Shown: positions 34,850 through 44,395 of the stretch, in pieces
Position numbering within the stretch: position 1 is the stretch's first letter
Layout: every line of letters begins with the position of its first letter
Assembly: GCA_039191605.1 (NCBI GenBank)
Contig: JBCCXL010000003.1
Location: forward strand, 257,543-321,542
DNA from: Acidobacteriota bacterium
Lineage (GTDB): Bacteria > Acidobacteriota > Thermoanaerobaculia > Multivoradales > JAHZIX01
Direction of reading: 5' to 3'
Length of the DNA: 64,000 nt
Notes under the pieces: generated by a model
What the model was told of the DNA's origin: nothing
Seen by the model: only the letters and a program-made list of their open reading frames with translations
The model's database searches: none
Program-made: the position numbers and the translations under genes

Positions 34850-37285
34850 ATGGACTGGCGCTGGCTCATTTCCTTGGCGGCTCTCCTCGTGTTGGGCGCC
34901 GGCGAGGCGAAGGCGGAGCAATCCTTCCGATTCCTGCTGGTGCCGGAAGCGCATTGGGCTTCAGGGCAGCCTGATGTCAGCGCGGCCCTAGATACAGGGC
35001 AGGTCTATCTGTATCGAGCGGGCGCCTATCGCCCTGAGTTTGTGGCATCGGCCGGAGAGAGCATTTCTCTTCCTGCTGGCGTGTGGCATTGGGTGGCGGA
35101 GTCCGAAGGGTGGGTGAGTGTCGCTTCCGGCCGGCTGGAGATTCCGCTGGGTCGGGTGGGAGCTGAACAGACGCTGATTTGGCCGGTAGTGCCGGCATGC
35201 CGCCTGGAATTAGGATCCATCGCCGGGTGGCAGGGGGTGGAGCGAGTGGACGCGCTGAGCCTCGACCGGTCCACCGTTCATCCCGTGGCGCCGCTGGACC
35301 GGCTAGAAGTCAACGTCCCGGCGGGCCGCTATCTGGTAACCGTCTACGGTGGTCGCGGGCTCGAAGCGATATCGGCCATCGCTCGGTGTCGGGCTGGGGA
35401 GGCTGTCCGGCTCACGAGACCGGAGGTTCCGACGGACACGGTAGATCTCCTGGTGCACGGGCACTGGCCCGGAGGCGCGGAACCGTCGAGGGATACGGAG
35501 GACGACGCTCTCGTCCTCGGCGTTCATGAGCGAGGCTCCGGCCGCCTGGTGCGCCTCGCCGAGGTCGACTTGCGGGTGGGAAGTCGCTCCTCCTTCGTCG
35601 TTCGGAATCTGCCGATGGATCAGGATCTCGAGCTTCGCTGGTCTCACCCAAGTCTGCGCAGCGGCAGCCGGGAGATACCCTCTGACCGCTCCGGGGCCCG
35701 CGAGATGGAAGAGATCCTCTGGCGCCCGCGGGCTGCCGTGGAGGTGCCGGTGGAGTATCTACCGCTCCAGGAGCATGAGGAAGCTCGGCTGTGGATTTCC
35801 CGCTGCGGCGACGGGGCGGTCCAGGACTTCTTGGAAGTGGACTTCGCTGAGTGTCGCGATGTGACGCAAACTCAGCCTCTGAACCAGGGTTTGGGGCGCT
35901 ATCGCTTCGAGGGTCTCGACCTTGGTTGGCACGTAGTGATGGCTCAGGTGGACGACGATTGGATTCCCGGTCTCGGTGAGGCCGTTGCGCTGCAGGTTCT
36001 CGACGCAACGCCGAACCTCGTTGAGCTGGAACCTGCTGCCCTAGAAGAGCTGCGAATTGAGGGCCGCATCTTGTTGGACGGCGAGGCGACCGTCGGCGAG
36101 GTCCGTCTACTGCCTCAGGCGACGCTTCCCGGGACGCCGAGGATCTTCGCCACCGCGGAAGATCTGCGCTACCAGATGACCTTCTTTGCCGAGACTCCCA
36201 CTCGTTTCTACCGCTCTCGCCTGCCCGAAACGCTGCGGGGGCGTTCTGACGCCGAGCTTCGGGGTCTCTTCGTTCGCTACCGGCTGCTCGTCTGTCCAGA
36301 GGTCAATGACGCTGAGGCGGACGAAATCCATCTTGGCGGGTGCCATGCCATTCACCCTCGCTCTACTTTCTCCGGTGGCGGAACGATGGATCTCGAGCTC
36401 TCTGGCCGCTCTCTGCGGGTGGAGCTGGTCGACGACAGCAGCGGCGAGCCCATCGATGGTCGAGGGACTCGAGCTGGGGTGGTCGCTCGCCCCCGAGCTG
36501 GAGCGGCCTACGACACGCTGCATTTCTTTCATGGCGAGATCTATCGTCGTGAGGCTGCTTCCTTCGAAGCAGCGCCGGTTGCTGTCGATGGCGAGGGCAT
36601 CGCTCTTCTTCATGGCGTGAGCGAGGGAGAGATCGTTGTCGTGGCGGTCGCCGATGGCTACCGGCGGGCGGAGCTTTCCGTGGCCGCTGATGTGCACGAG
36701 GCGAGTCTGCGTCTCGAGCGAGACCCCGAATCGGGGCCGGCGGCGATCACATTGGAGCTTCCCTCAGCTTCTGGCGGCCTAGGCGGAGCTCGCGAACCCG
36801 CCGCCGGCGCCTACTTGGTGGCCGCCGGCGCCCTGGGATCCCTACCTAGATGTCACCAGCGCTCCGACCGAGGGGGCCGAGTGAACTGGCCCGGCAGCTG
36901 CCCAACTCAGGGCCTGCGCCGGGCTCTGGTCTTCCATCCTCGTGTTCCGGTACAGGCCGTACGTCTCGTCTTCTTGCCGCCGGACCGCCGAGTGCCGCTC
37001 GTTGCGGGCCCCGCCCGCCCGGTGGAGCTGTGGACTCGCGATCTCAGCGGCCTACCAGCGCCACGGGAACCGGTGGATTGGCGTATCGACGGCATCCTGC
37101 TCAATGCTGATACTGCCTTGCGGGCCCTCAGTGCTAGTGGATCAACGCTTCCCTTTCGCACCGATGCGCAGGGGCGTCTCGATTTTCTGGCGACGGCTGG
37201 AGCCAAGGTCGAGGCCCGTCCTCGGCAGGGAGATGAATGGACTTCGTGGATTCCCGGAGAGCCTCTGGATTTGATCATCCCCTAG
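34850..37285 (+). CDS. Large secreted protein of unknown function (~811 aa)
   Basis: Long ORF with the signal peptide MDWRWLISLAALLVLGAGEAKA. No recognisable catalytic motifs. The start is chosen at the internal Met at 34850, which avoids overlap with the upstream Cys-rich gene. Confidence 0.5.
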   Translation: MDWRWLISLAALLVLGAGEAKAEQSFRFLLVPEAHWASGQPDVSAALDTGQVYLYRAGAYRPEFVASAGESISLPAGVWHWVAESEGWVSVASGRLEIPLGRVGAEQTLIWPVVPACRLELGSIAGWQGVERVDALSLDRSTVHPVAPLDRLEVNVPAGRYLVTVYGGRGLEAISAIARCRAGEAVRLTRPEVPTDTVDLLVHGHWPGGAEPSRDTEDDALVLGVHERGSGRLVRLAEVDLRVGSRSSFVVRNLPMDQDLELRWSHPSLRSGSREIPSDRSGAREMEEILWRPRAAVEVPVEYLPLQEHEEARLWISRCGDGAVQDFLEVDFAECRDVTQTQPLNQGLGRYRFEGLDLGWHVVMAQVDDDWIPGLGEAVALQVLDATPNLVELEPAALEELRIEGRILLDGEATVGEVRLLPQATLPGTPRIFATAEDLRYQMTFFAETPTRFYRSRLPETLRGRSDAELRGLFVRYRLLVCPEVNDAEADEIHLGGCHAIHPRSTFSGGGTMDLELSGRSLRVELVDDSSGEPIDGRGTRAGVVARPRAGAAYDTLHFFHGEIYRREAASFEAAPVAVDGEGIALLHGVSEGEIVVVAVADGYRRAELSVAADVHEASLRLERDPESGPAAITLELPSASGGLGGAREPAAGAYLVAAGALGSLPRCHQRSDRGGRVNWPGSCPTQGLRRALVFHPRVPVQAVRLVFLPPDRRVPLVAGPARPVELWTRDLSGLPAPREPVDWRIDGILLNADTALRALSASGSTLPFRTDAQGRLDFLATAGAKVEARPRQGDEWTSWIPGEPLDLIIP

Positions 37286-37317
37286 GGACGAGGCTCTCCT
37301 CCGGCTTGGAGCAGCTC

Positions 37318-37362
37318 CTTTGTCGTCTTGGGCTTTGTCGTCTTGAGCTTTGTATCTTCAGG
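37318..37362. repeat. ~15-bp tandem direct repeat (ctttgtcgtcttgRg x2 plus a partial copy)
   Basis: Read directly. It lies upstream of the exonuclease III gene. Confidence 0.7.
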
Positions 37363-37412
37363 AGGGTCTTGGGGAGCCTACCCGAGGCCAGAATCCGATA
37401 TCCTCCGGCGCG

Positions 37413-38285
37413 ATGAAGAACGACACGACGACTTCCCACAGCGTCTCTGATTCCAACAGCATCGAGGGCCGCCCCGTGGGGGCAAACGAGGTGCGCCTGG
37501 TCTCCTGGAACGTGAATGGCCTGAGGGCGGCTTTGCGTAAGGGCTTTCTGGACTGGCTCCAGGGCAGCGATGCGGAGATCGTCGGGATCCAGGAGACTCG
37601 GGTTTTAGACGAGCAGCTGACGAAAGCGGCCCGCGAGCCAGAAGGCTGGCATTTTCATCTCCACGCCGCGGAGCGCCCGGGCTACAGCGGGGTCGGCCTC
37701 TACTCCCGGAGCGCTCCGGACGCGGTGGAGACCTCCATGGGGGAGGATCGCTTCGACATCGAAGGGCGGATCCAGATCGCCCGCTTCGGTCAGCTGCTGC
37801 TGGTCAACGGCTACTTCCCCAACGGCAACGGCAAGAATCGGGATCTATCCCGCATTCCCTACAAGCTGGACTTCTACCGCGGCCTCTTCGATCTGCTGGA
37901 GCCGGCGCGGGAGCGGGATATGCCGATCCTGGTGATGGGGGATTGGAATACCTGTCATCGACCGGAAGATCTGGCGCGACCGAAGCAGAACGAGAAGACC
38001 AGCGGTTTTCGCCCGGAAGAGAGGGAAGAGCTGGATCGCTGGATGCGGGAAGGCTGGGTGGACACCTTCCGCCACTTCCATCCGCAGGCGACGGGGCGCT
38101 ATAGCTGGTGGAGCCAGCGGGGCAACGTGCGGGAGCGCAACATTGGCTGGCGGCTGGATTTCTTCCTCGCGTCGGAGGCGGCCCTCCCCTACCTGCGGGG
38201 CGCGGCGATTCACGATCAGGTGCTGGGCTCCGATCACTGCCCGGTGAGCGTCACCGTCGATCGGGAGCTGCTGACGAGCTCATAG
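37413..38285 (+). CDS. xthA: Exodeoxyribonuclease III (AP endonuclease family 1)
   Basis: ...VRLVSWNVNGLRA...VGIQETR...YFPNG...WRLDFFLAS...GSDHCPV matches the XthA and APE1 catalytic motifs. The start may lie further downstream, for example the GTG at VRLVSW. Confidence 0.85.
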   Translation: MKNDTTTSHSVSDSNSIEGRPVGANEVRLVSWNVNGLRAALRKGFLDWLQGSDAEIVGIQETRVLDEQLTKAAREPEGWHFHLHAAERPGYSGVGLYSRSAPDAVETSMGEDRFDIEGRIQIARFGQLLLVNGYFPNGNGKNRDLSRIPYKLDFYRGLFDLLEPARERDMPILVMGDWNTCHRPEDLARPKQNEKTSGFRPEEREELDRWMREGWVDTFRHFHPQATGRYSWWSQRGNVRERNIGWRLDFFLASEAALPYLRGAAIHDQVLGSDHCPVSVTVDRELLTSS

Positions 38286-38302
38286 CCTTCGGTAGGGATG
38301 GG

Positions 38303-39454
38303 CTAGGCGTTGCTCTTCCCGGTGCCGTCTTCCTCGCCCTTGGGTTCGGCGGTCGCCGTGGGGCCAACGAGGCGCGGCTGATCCTTCCAGCGAATCTCGT
38401 AGAGCAGCTCTCCTCCGAAGAGCTGCTGGTGAAGAGTCGAACCTTCGGCGGTAGCCCGTAGGGTTCCTTCGCTCTCCTCCGCCGTGGCCGGTGGGGAGCC
38501 TTCTCGTCGCCAATGGTTCGGGTGCAGCGCGGAATAGGAGCCGTCGGCAGTCAGGGAAACGACGGGGAAGCCGGGCTTGTTGGGGTTGAAGGTGTGGGAG
38601 ATCCAGCTTTGGGTGCCTTCGGTAGTGCGGCGAATGGTGAATTCGGTGGCGTCTGCCCCGCCGGGGTAGATGGACCAAGGGCGCAGCCAGGTGCAGAGGG
38701 TTTCGGATTCGCTGCCGTGCTGGACATGGCGCCTCAAGATCTCTCGCTCACTCTGCTGTAGGCCAAAGGCAGCGGCATCCGCGCCGGGGCCGAAGGGGCG
38801 CCTCAGGGTTTCCTCGACGATCTTCAGAGGCCAGGTATAGGCGTTATCTGTGTTCGGAGGAATGCCGTCGGAGATCTTGCGGCGATATTGCAGGCCGGGC
38901 CAGTCGAGGGCCCAGCCGAGGAGGGCGCCGCACAGGCTCTGCCCGGTGACGGATTCGTGTTCGCGGTTGCCGGCCAGTGCGACAGAAGGGCCGGTGTAGA
39001 ACCTCGTATCCCCCTGGCCGGTGCGCGCCTCGCCTCGATAGTCGTAGCGGGTCGACGTCTTGGCGGTGGGCTGGGCGCAGAGGGCGAGGAGTGCCCAGCT
39101 GTGTCGCAGATAGAGAACCAGCTGGGAAGAGGTTTCCTGCAGGCCCTGTTCGGCGGTGAAGCGCAGGGCCGCGATGGTGGCGGCGAGACCGTCGGGGGTG
39201 TAGAGCTCGGAGCCGAACTCCCGAGACCAAGAGCCCCAGCTCTGCTCCTGGCTGGCGAGATCGGCCAGCCATTGGAGATCTTCTGGGGAATAGAGCGCGG
39301 CGCGGGCGACCCGGGGCCAATTCTGGCTTCCGGGGCCTTCGTTCCAGGTGTCGAGATTTCCCTTGTAGCGGTTCAGGCTATTGACGTTGATGGCCTGTCC
39401 GCGCAGGCGGCGGAAGAGCTGTTCCTTGCAGAAGGCACGGGGTTCGGTAGCCAT
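38303..39454 (-). CDS. Hypothetical protein, paralog A of a tandem pair
   Basis: It shares extensive colinear similarity with the downstream gene (CKEQLFRRLRGQ..., GPGSQNWPRVA, WSREFGS, FYTGPSVALAGNREH, YTWPLKIVEE, FTIRRTTEGTQSW, FNPNKPGFPV). The start is chosen at MATEPRAFC (39454; GAGGAGAG ribosome-binding site). Confidence 0.5.
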   Translation of the reverse strand: MATEPRAFCKEQLFRRLRGQAINVNSLNRYKGNLDTWNEGPGSQNWPRVARAALYSPEDLQWLADLASQEQSWGSWSREFGSELYTPDGLAATIAALRFTAEQGLQETSSQLVLYLRHSWALLALCAQPTAKTSTRYDYRGEARTGQGDTRFYTGPSVALAGNREHESVTGQSLCGALLGWALDWPGLQYRRKISDGIPPNTDNAYTWPLKIVEETLRRPFGPGADAAAFGLQQSEREILRRHVQHGSESETLCTWLRPWSIYPGGADATEFTIRRTTEGTQSWISHTFNPNKPGFPVVSLTADGSYSALHPNHWRREGSPPATAEESEGTLRATAEGSTLHQQLFGGELLYEIRWKDQPRLVGPTATAEPKGEEDGTGKSNA

Positions 39455-39534
39455 CGGACTCTCTCCTCTCGAAATGAATTCCAGCGGGCTGGTTATCCAC
39501 TCGTTCGTGATGGCCACGGAGGCCGGGAATCAAA

Positions 39535-40689
39535 TCAAGTCGGGGTTACGGAAGTGTCCCTCGAGGGTCGAGGCAGCACCCGCCGCGGCCGCTTTCCCCA
39601 CTCGATGCGGTAGAGCTCCTCTCCCCCCAACAGAGGCTGCCGCAGCGTGGATCCCTCGGCACTGGCCAGCAGCACCCCGTCGCGCTCCTCCACCGTGGCC
39701 GGGGGCGAGCTCTCGCGCCGCCAGCGGTTGGGCTGGAGGGCGGTATAGGAGCCGGCGGGGGTCAGGGTGGCGACGGGAAAGCCGGGCTTGTTGGGGTTGA
39801 AGGTTCGGGAGAGCCAGCTTTGGGTGCCCTCGGTGGTGCGGCGAATGGTGAAGGTCACCGATCCGTCGCCCGGGTAGATCGGCCACGGGCTGATGTCTTC
39901 CAGCAGGTCCGCCGCGCGGTCGCCGTCCTGCACGTGGGCGATGAGGTGCTCTCGGTCCACGGCGGAGAGGCCGAAGGGCTCGGGGGGCGCTTCGGCTCCG
40001 TAGGGCTGGCCGAGGAGCTCTTCCACGATCTTCAGCGGCCAGGTGTAGCCGTTGACCTCCCCCGGCGTCATGCCGTCGACGATGGGGCGTCGGTAGAGTC
40101 GCCCGGGCCAGTTCAGCGACCAGCCCAGCAGAGCGCCGAGGATGTCCTGGCCGACGTTGGAGGCGTGGTTTCGATTCCCCGCCAGGGCCAGGGAAGGGCC
40201 GCGATAGAAGCGTCGGTCCCCTTTGCCGACCTCGACCTTGCCCCGCAGGTTGAAGAAGGTGGTGGTTTTGGGAGTCGGCTGAGCGCTGAGGGCGAGCAGA
40301 GTCCAGGTGGCCCGTAGGTAGCTGGTTAGGCTGGCGACGGCTCTTTGCTGCTGCTCCGTGCTCTGCTCTGTGTCCCGTTCTGGGGCCCGACTTGCGCGAC
40401 GAGCCTCCCGAAGGGCGGCCATGGTGGCGACGAGGCCGTCGGCGGTGTAGAGCAGAGAGCCGAACTCGCGGGACCAGAAGCCCCACTCTTTTTCCTTCTC
40501 CGCGAGCTGTACGAGCCAGCGCCAATCTCCCGTAGCCACCCGCGCCACCCGCGGCCAGTTTTGGCTGCCGGGGCCCTGATTCCAGGTCTCCAGCGAGCCG
40601 AGGAAGCGCCGCATCGTTTCCGGCGCGGTCTTCTGCCCCCGAAGCCTGCGGAAGAGCTGGGCTTTGCAGCGTTCACGGGGGTCACTCAT
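39535..40689 (-). CDS. Hypothetical protein, paralog B of a tandem pair
   Basis: 384 aa with the same conserved blocks as paralog A (about half the residues identical by eye). Confidence 0.5.
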   Translation of the reverse strand: MSDPRERCKAQLFRRLRGQKTAPETMRRFLGSLETWNQGPGSQNWPRVARVATGDWRWLVQLAEKEKEWGFWSREFGSLLYTADGLVATMAALREARRASRAPERDTEQSTEQQQRAVASLTSYLRATWTLLALSAQPTPKTTTFFNLRGKVEVGKGDRRFYRGPSLALAGNRNHASNVGQDILGALLGWSLNWPGRLYRRPIVDGMTPGEVNGYTWPLKIVEELLGQPYGAEAPPEPFGLSAVDREHLIAHVQDGDRAADLLEDISPWPIYPGDGSVTFTIRRTTEGTQSWLSRTFNPNKPGFPVATLTPAGSYTALQPNRWRRESSPPATVEERDGVLLASAEGSTLRQPLLGGEELYRIEWGKRPRRVLPRPSRDTSVTPT

Positions 40690-40710
40690 GGTCGGCTCCT
40701 GCGGAGGGGA

Positions 40711-42102
40711 TCAGGGGTCCAGGGGTGGTTCGGACTCCGGAGTATCGGAGCTCTCGGAATAGGGGGAGGGCTCGTGCAGGATGAGCCGTGCGCTGCGCTG
40801 GTAGGTGAAGTACGCCCGGGCCCACTCGAAGATCACCACGATGCGGTTGCGAAAGCCGATGAGAAAGACGATGTGCACCCCGAGCCAGGTGAGCCAGGCG
40901 GTGATGCCGGAGAGGCGGAGCTTGCCCAGGGTCGCCACCGCTGACTTGCGTCCGAGGGTGGCCATGGAGCCTTTGTCTCGGTAGCGGAAGGGCTCGGTGG
41001 GCTTTCCCGCGGCACGCTGGAGGATGACGTTGGCGGCGTAGACCCCGCTTTGAATCGCGGCGGGGGCAACCCCCGGAACTTCTCCACCGGCCTGCTCGAA
41101 AGCCATCAGGTCTCCCACCACGAAGATCTCCGGGAAACCCGGAAGGGTGAGGTCTTCTTCGACCCGCACCCGACCGGCGCGGTCCAGCACCGGAAGGGCG
41201 GTGACGAAATCGCTCCCCTCGCTCCTTGGGGGATCCCCCTGGAGCGGTCGTCCGGTGACCTCCGCGGCGCTCTGTGCCAGCTTCGCTCCCAGGGGAGAGG
41301 CCGCCACTCCGGCGGCCCAGATCACCGTGTGGGTGGGGATCCGCTCGCCTGTCTTCAGCGTGATGCCCTGGTCGTCCAGCTCGGTCACCAGGGAATTGGT
41401 TCGGACCTCGACGCCGAGGGTCTCGAGCTGCTCCTGAGCCTTGGCGGATAGATCCTCTGGGTAGGGCGGCAGCACCCGCTCACGGCCTTCCAACAGCAGC
41501 ACCTTGGCCTCGCGGGCGTCGAAGTGGTGGAAATCCTTGAACAGGGTGTGGCGAGAGAGCTCCGCCAGGGCTCCGGCGAGCTCGCAGCCGGTGGGGCCGG
41601 CGCCAATGACGGCGAAGGTGAGCCAGGCGCGGCGCTTCTCGGGGTCGGTTTCCGCCTCGGCTCTCTCGAAGGCCAGCAGCACCTTGCGGCGGATTTCCAG
41701 GGCATCTTCGAGGGTTTTGAGGCCGGGGGCATGGCGGGCCCATTGATCGTTGCCAAAATAGCTGTGGGTCGCCCCGGTGGCGACGATCAAAGAGTCATAG
41801 CTCAGCCGGCGGCCGTCTTCCAGCTCGACTTTGCGTCCCCCGGCATCGATGTTCACCACCGTCGCCATCAGCACTTCGACCTTGCGCTGGCGGCGGAAGA
41901 TGCGCCTCACCGGCTGAGCGATGTCCACCGCCGACAATCCGGCCATGGCCACCTGATAGAGCAGGGGCTGGAAGAGATGGTGGTTGCGCTGATCCAGCAG
42001 CGTCACCCGCGCGCCCCGCTTCTCCAGACGACGGGCGGCGTAGAGGCCGGCGAAGCCGGCGCCGATGATCACCACATGGGGCGTGTTCGCGCTCTTAGCC
42101 AT
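40711..42102 (-). CDS. ndh: Type II NADH dehydrogenase (NDH-2), FAD/NAD(P)-binding
   Basis: The Rossmann motifs are HVVIIGAGFAGLYAA and VIGAGPTGCELAGAL. There is a C-terminal membrane-anchoring amphipathic region. Length and order match NDH-2. Confidence 0.75.
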   Translation of the reverse strand: MAKSANTPHVVIIGAGFAGLYAARRLEKRGARVTLLDQRNHHLFQPLLYQVAMAGLSAVDIAQPVRRIFRRQRKVEVLMATVVNIDAGGRKVELEDGRRLSYDSLIVATGATHSYFGNDQWARHAPGLKTLEDALEIRRKVLLAFERAEAETDPEKRRAWLTFAVIGAGPTGCELAGALAELSRHTLFKDFHHFDAREAKVLLLEGRERVLPPYPEDLSAKAQEQLETLGVEVRTNSLVTELDDQGITLKTGERIPTHTVIWAAGVAASPLGAKLAQSAAEVTGRPLQGDPPRSEGSDFVTALPVLDRAGRVRVEEDLTLPGFPEIFVVGDLMAFEQAGGEVPGVAPAAIQSGVYAANVILQRAAGKPTEPFRYRDKGSMATLGRKSAVATLGKLRLSGITAWLTWLGVHIVFLIGFRNRIVVIFEWARAYFTYQRSARLILHEPSPYSESSDTPESEPPLDP

Positions 42103-42202
42103 GGGACCCCTCGATCATCCGATGCTCCTTCTGACGACTTGACGGAAGGCACGCGCGAAAGGGCAGCTCGCCGTTGGCGGTTGCCGTCGACAGGGCTGTT
42201 GG

Positions 42203-43489
42203 TCAGTCGTCGACCACCACCGCGTCGACCTCGGTCTCCCCCTCGGACTTGGCGATGATGGCGGCGCCGCAGGAGTCAGAGAAGATGTTGACCGAGGTGC
42301 GGAACATATCCAGGGGGCGATCGACGGCGAGCATCATGCCCACCAGGGCGTTGACCTCCTCGCCGCGCAGGTTCACCGCGTCCAGGACGATGAAGATGAT
42401 CACCAGGCCGGCGGAGGGCACGGCGGCGGCGCCGATGGAGGCGAGCAGGGCGGTGAGCACCACGATGGCTTGTTCCGTGAAGCCCAGCTGGAGCCCCATG
42501 GCCTGGGCGATGAAGAGCACGCCGGCGCATTCGTAGAGGGCCGTGCCGTCCATGTTGACCGTCGATCCCATCGGCAGCACGAAGGAGGAGACCCGGTTGG
42601 AGACCTTCACCTTGCGCTCCACCGTGCGTAGCGTCACCGGCAGCGTGGCGCCGGAGGACGAGGTGGAGAAGGCCGTGGTCAGCGGCTCGATCATGTTGCG
42701 GAAGTGGATGTGAGGCTTGATTCCGCCGAGGAAGAAGAGCAGCAGCGGCAGCACCACGAACATGTGGATGGTGAGGCCGGAGGCGACGGTGAGCATGTAG
42801 AGGCCGAGAGCCTGGAAGACCTCCAGGCCGGCGCTGCCGACGGCCCGGGCGAGCAGCCCGAAGACGCCCAGGGGCAGGAAGATGATCACGTAGCCGGTGA
42901 GCTTCATCATCGCCTGGAAGCCGGCGTCGAAGAAGTTCACCAGGGTGTCCCGCGGCTTGTCCGGCAGGGCGATGATGGAAACCCCGAAGAGGATCGAGAA
43001 CAGGATCAGCGCCAGCATGTCGCCGTTGGCGGCGGCGGCCACCGGATTCTCCGGCACCATCGAGAACAGCAGCCCCTCGATACCGCCGGAGGAAACGTCC
43101 GGGACCTCCTGCACCGTGGCGCGATCTCGATCCAGGCCGGCGCCGGGCTGGATGGCGTTCACCACCACCAGGCCCACCAGGATGGCGAGAGTGCTGGACA
43201 GGGCGTAATAGCCCAGCGTCTTGCGGAACATCCGCCCGACGCTGCTAGCGCTGCCGAGGGAGGCGACGCCGGAGATGATCGAGGTCATCACCAGCGGCAC
43301 GATCACCATCTTGATGGCGCGCACGAAGAGGCCGCCGATCCACCCGACATAGGGAACGACGGCCTCGCCGAAGATCACCCCGACGGCAACGCCGAGCACC
43401 ATGGCGATGAGGGTTTGCCAGTGGAGCTTGCGGTACCAGGCTTTCTTTACCGGGGAGCTATTCTGCGAACTGTCCTGTGAGCTTTCCAT
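42203..43489 (-). CDS. Dicarboxylate/amino acid:cation symporter (DAACS family, GltP/DctA-like)
   Basis: 428 aa and polytopic. The blocks ...SSSGATLPV... and ...VNMDGTALYE... are characteristic of the SDF/DAACS family. Confidence 0.85.
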   Translation of the reverse strand: MESSQDSSQNSSPVKKAWYRKLHWQTLIAMVLGVAVGVIFGEAVVPYVGWIGGLFVRAIKMVIVPLVMTSIISGVASLGSASSVGRMFRKTLGYYALSSTLAILVGLVVVNAIQPGAGLDRDRATVQEVPDVSSGGIEGLLFSMVPENPVAAAANGDMLALILFSILFGVSIIALPDKPRDTLVNFFDAGFQAMMKLTGYVIIFLPLGVFGLLARAVGSAGLEVFQALGLYMLTVASGLTIHMFVVLPLLLFFLGGIKPHIHFRNMIEPLTTAFSTSSSGATLPVTLRTVERKVKVSNRVSSFVLPMGSTVNMDGTALYECAGVLFIAQAMGLQLGFTEQAIVVLTALLASIGAAAVPSAGLVIIFIVLDAVNLRGEEVNALVGMMLAVDRPLDMFRTSVNIFSDSCGAAIIAKSEGETEVDAVVVDD

Positions 43490-43546
43490 AGCTCCGACGG
43501 TACGCTAACAGGCCCGGAAACTCAATCGGGATCACCCCCGAAGAGA

Positions 43547-43589
43547 GGGCCTGTGCTTAAGGGCCTGTGCTTAAGGGGCTGTGCTTAAG
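43547..43589. repeat. 14-15-bp tandem direct repeat (gggcctgtgcttaag x3)
   Basis: Read directly. The third copy contains the stop codon of the upstream minus-strand gene. It shares the core ggcctgtg with the 22553-22609 array. Confidence 0.8.
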
Positions 43590-44196
43590 GGATAGCGCCC
43601 GAAGGCCAGTAGTAGAAGTCGCCCTCGGTCCACACGATGTCGTTGTCGTACTCGGTGGGGTCGTAGCTGCCCTGGGGATAGACGGTGCTCTCGAAGATCC
43701 CGTCACGGCCGGTGCTGCGAATGATCAGCCCCGGGGCGTCGCCCACCCGGTCGGCGAGGTAGAACTCCAGGGGGTTCTCCCAGCCGTCGGCCACCGGCAT
43801 ATCTCCCGTCATGTACTCGCTGACCATCTGGGAGAACTCCTCGGGGGAGACGAAGTTCGTGCCCTCCTCGACGTCGAGACTCACCGAGAGATCCCCCTGA
43901 TAGATGTTGGCCGGCGCCGCCCGATCCAGGAGGTACATCGAATAGGCCTCGGAGATCATCCGCATGTCGGCGACGGTGCGCTTCTGCTTCGCCTTCTGGA
44001 GGGCGTCGACGAAGTTGGGAATGAAGATCGCGGCGAAGCATCCGCCGAAGGAGATGAGACCGAAGCAGCCAACCACGCCGAGGATGATCCACAGGGGGCC
44101 CTTGCTCTTTTTCTGGGGCGGGCGAGGTTCCCACGCCGCCTGCGGCGGGTTCGCTGGTGGTGGCGGCGGCGCTGGGTGAGAAGGGGATCCAGACAT
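43585..44196 (-). CDS. Hypothetical membrane-anchored protein with pseudopilin (GspG)-like domain
   Basis: Pro-rich N-terminus, one TM (LWIILGVVGCFGLISFGGCFAAIF), then ...PNFVDALQKAKQKRTVADMRMISEAYSMYLLD..., which resembles the GspG/pseudopilin core. No prepilin cleavage motif is present. Confidence 0.4.
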   Translation of the reverse strand: MSGSPSHPAPPPPPANPPQAAWEPRPPQKKSKGPLWIILGVVGCFGLISFGGCFAAIFIPNFVDALQKAKQKRTVADMRMISEAYSMYLLDRAAPANIYQGDLSVSLDVEEGTNFVSPEEFSQMVSEYMTGDMPVADGWENPLEFYLADRVGDAPGLIIRSTGRDGIFESTVYPQGSYDPTEYDNDIVWTEGDFYYWPSGAIP

Positions 44197-44395
44197 GACG
44201 ACGGGCTCCTAATTTGAATTGAGAGGCGACGGTGGCCCCGTGGCCCCATAGGGATGGTGCAGGGGCAGGGGTCGACAAGAGGGAGATACCAGCAACATTG
44301 AGAGGATGAGAAGCCTTCAAGCTATCACAGCCAACCGCTGCCGGGAGGCTCTAGAGATCGTAGAGAGGGGCGAGGCTGGGATACCATGACGCTCT

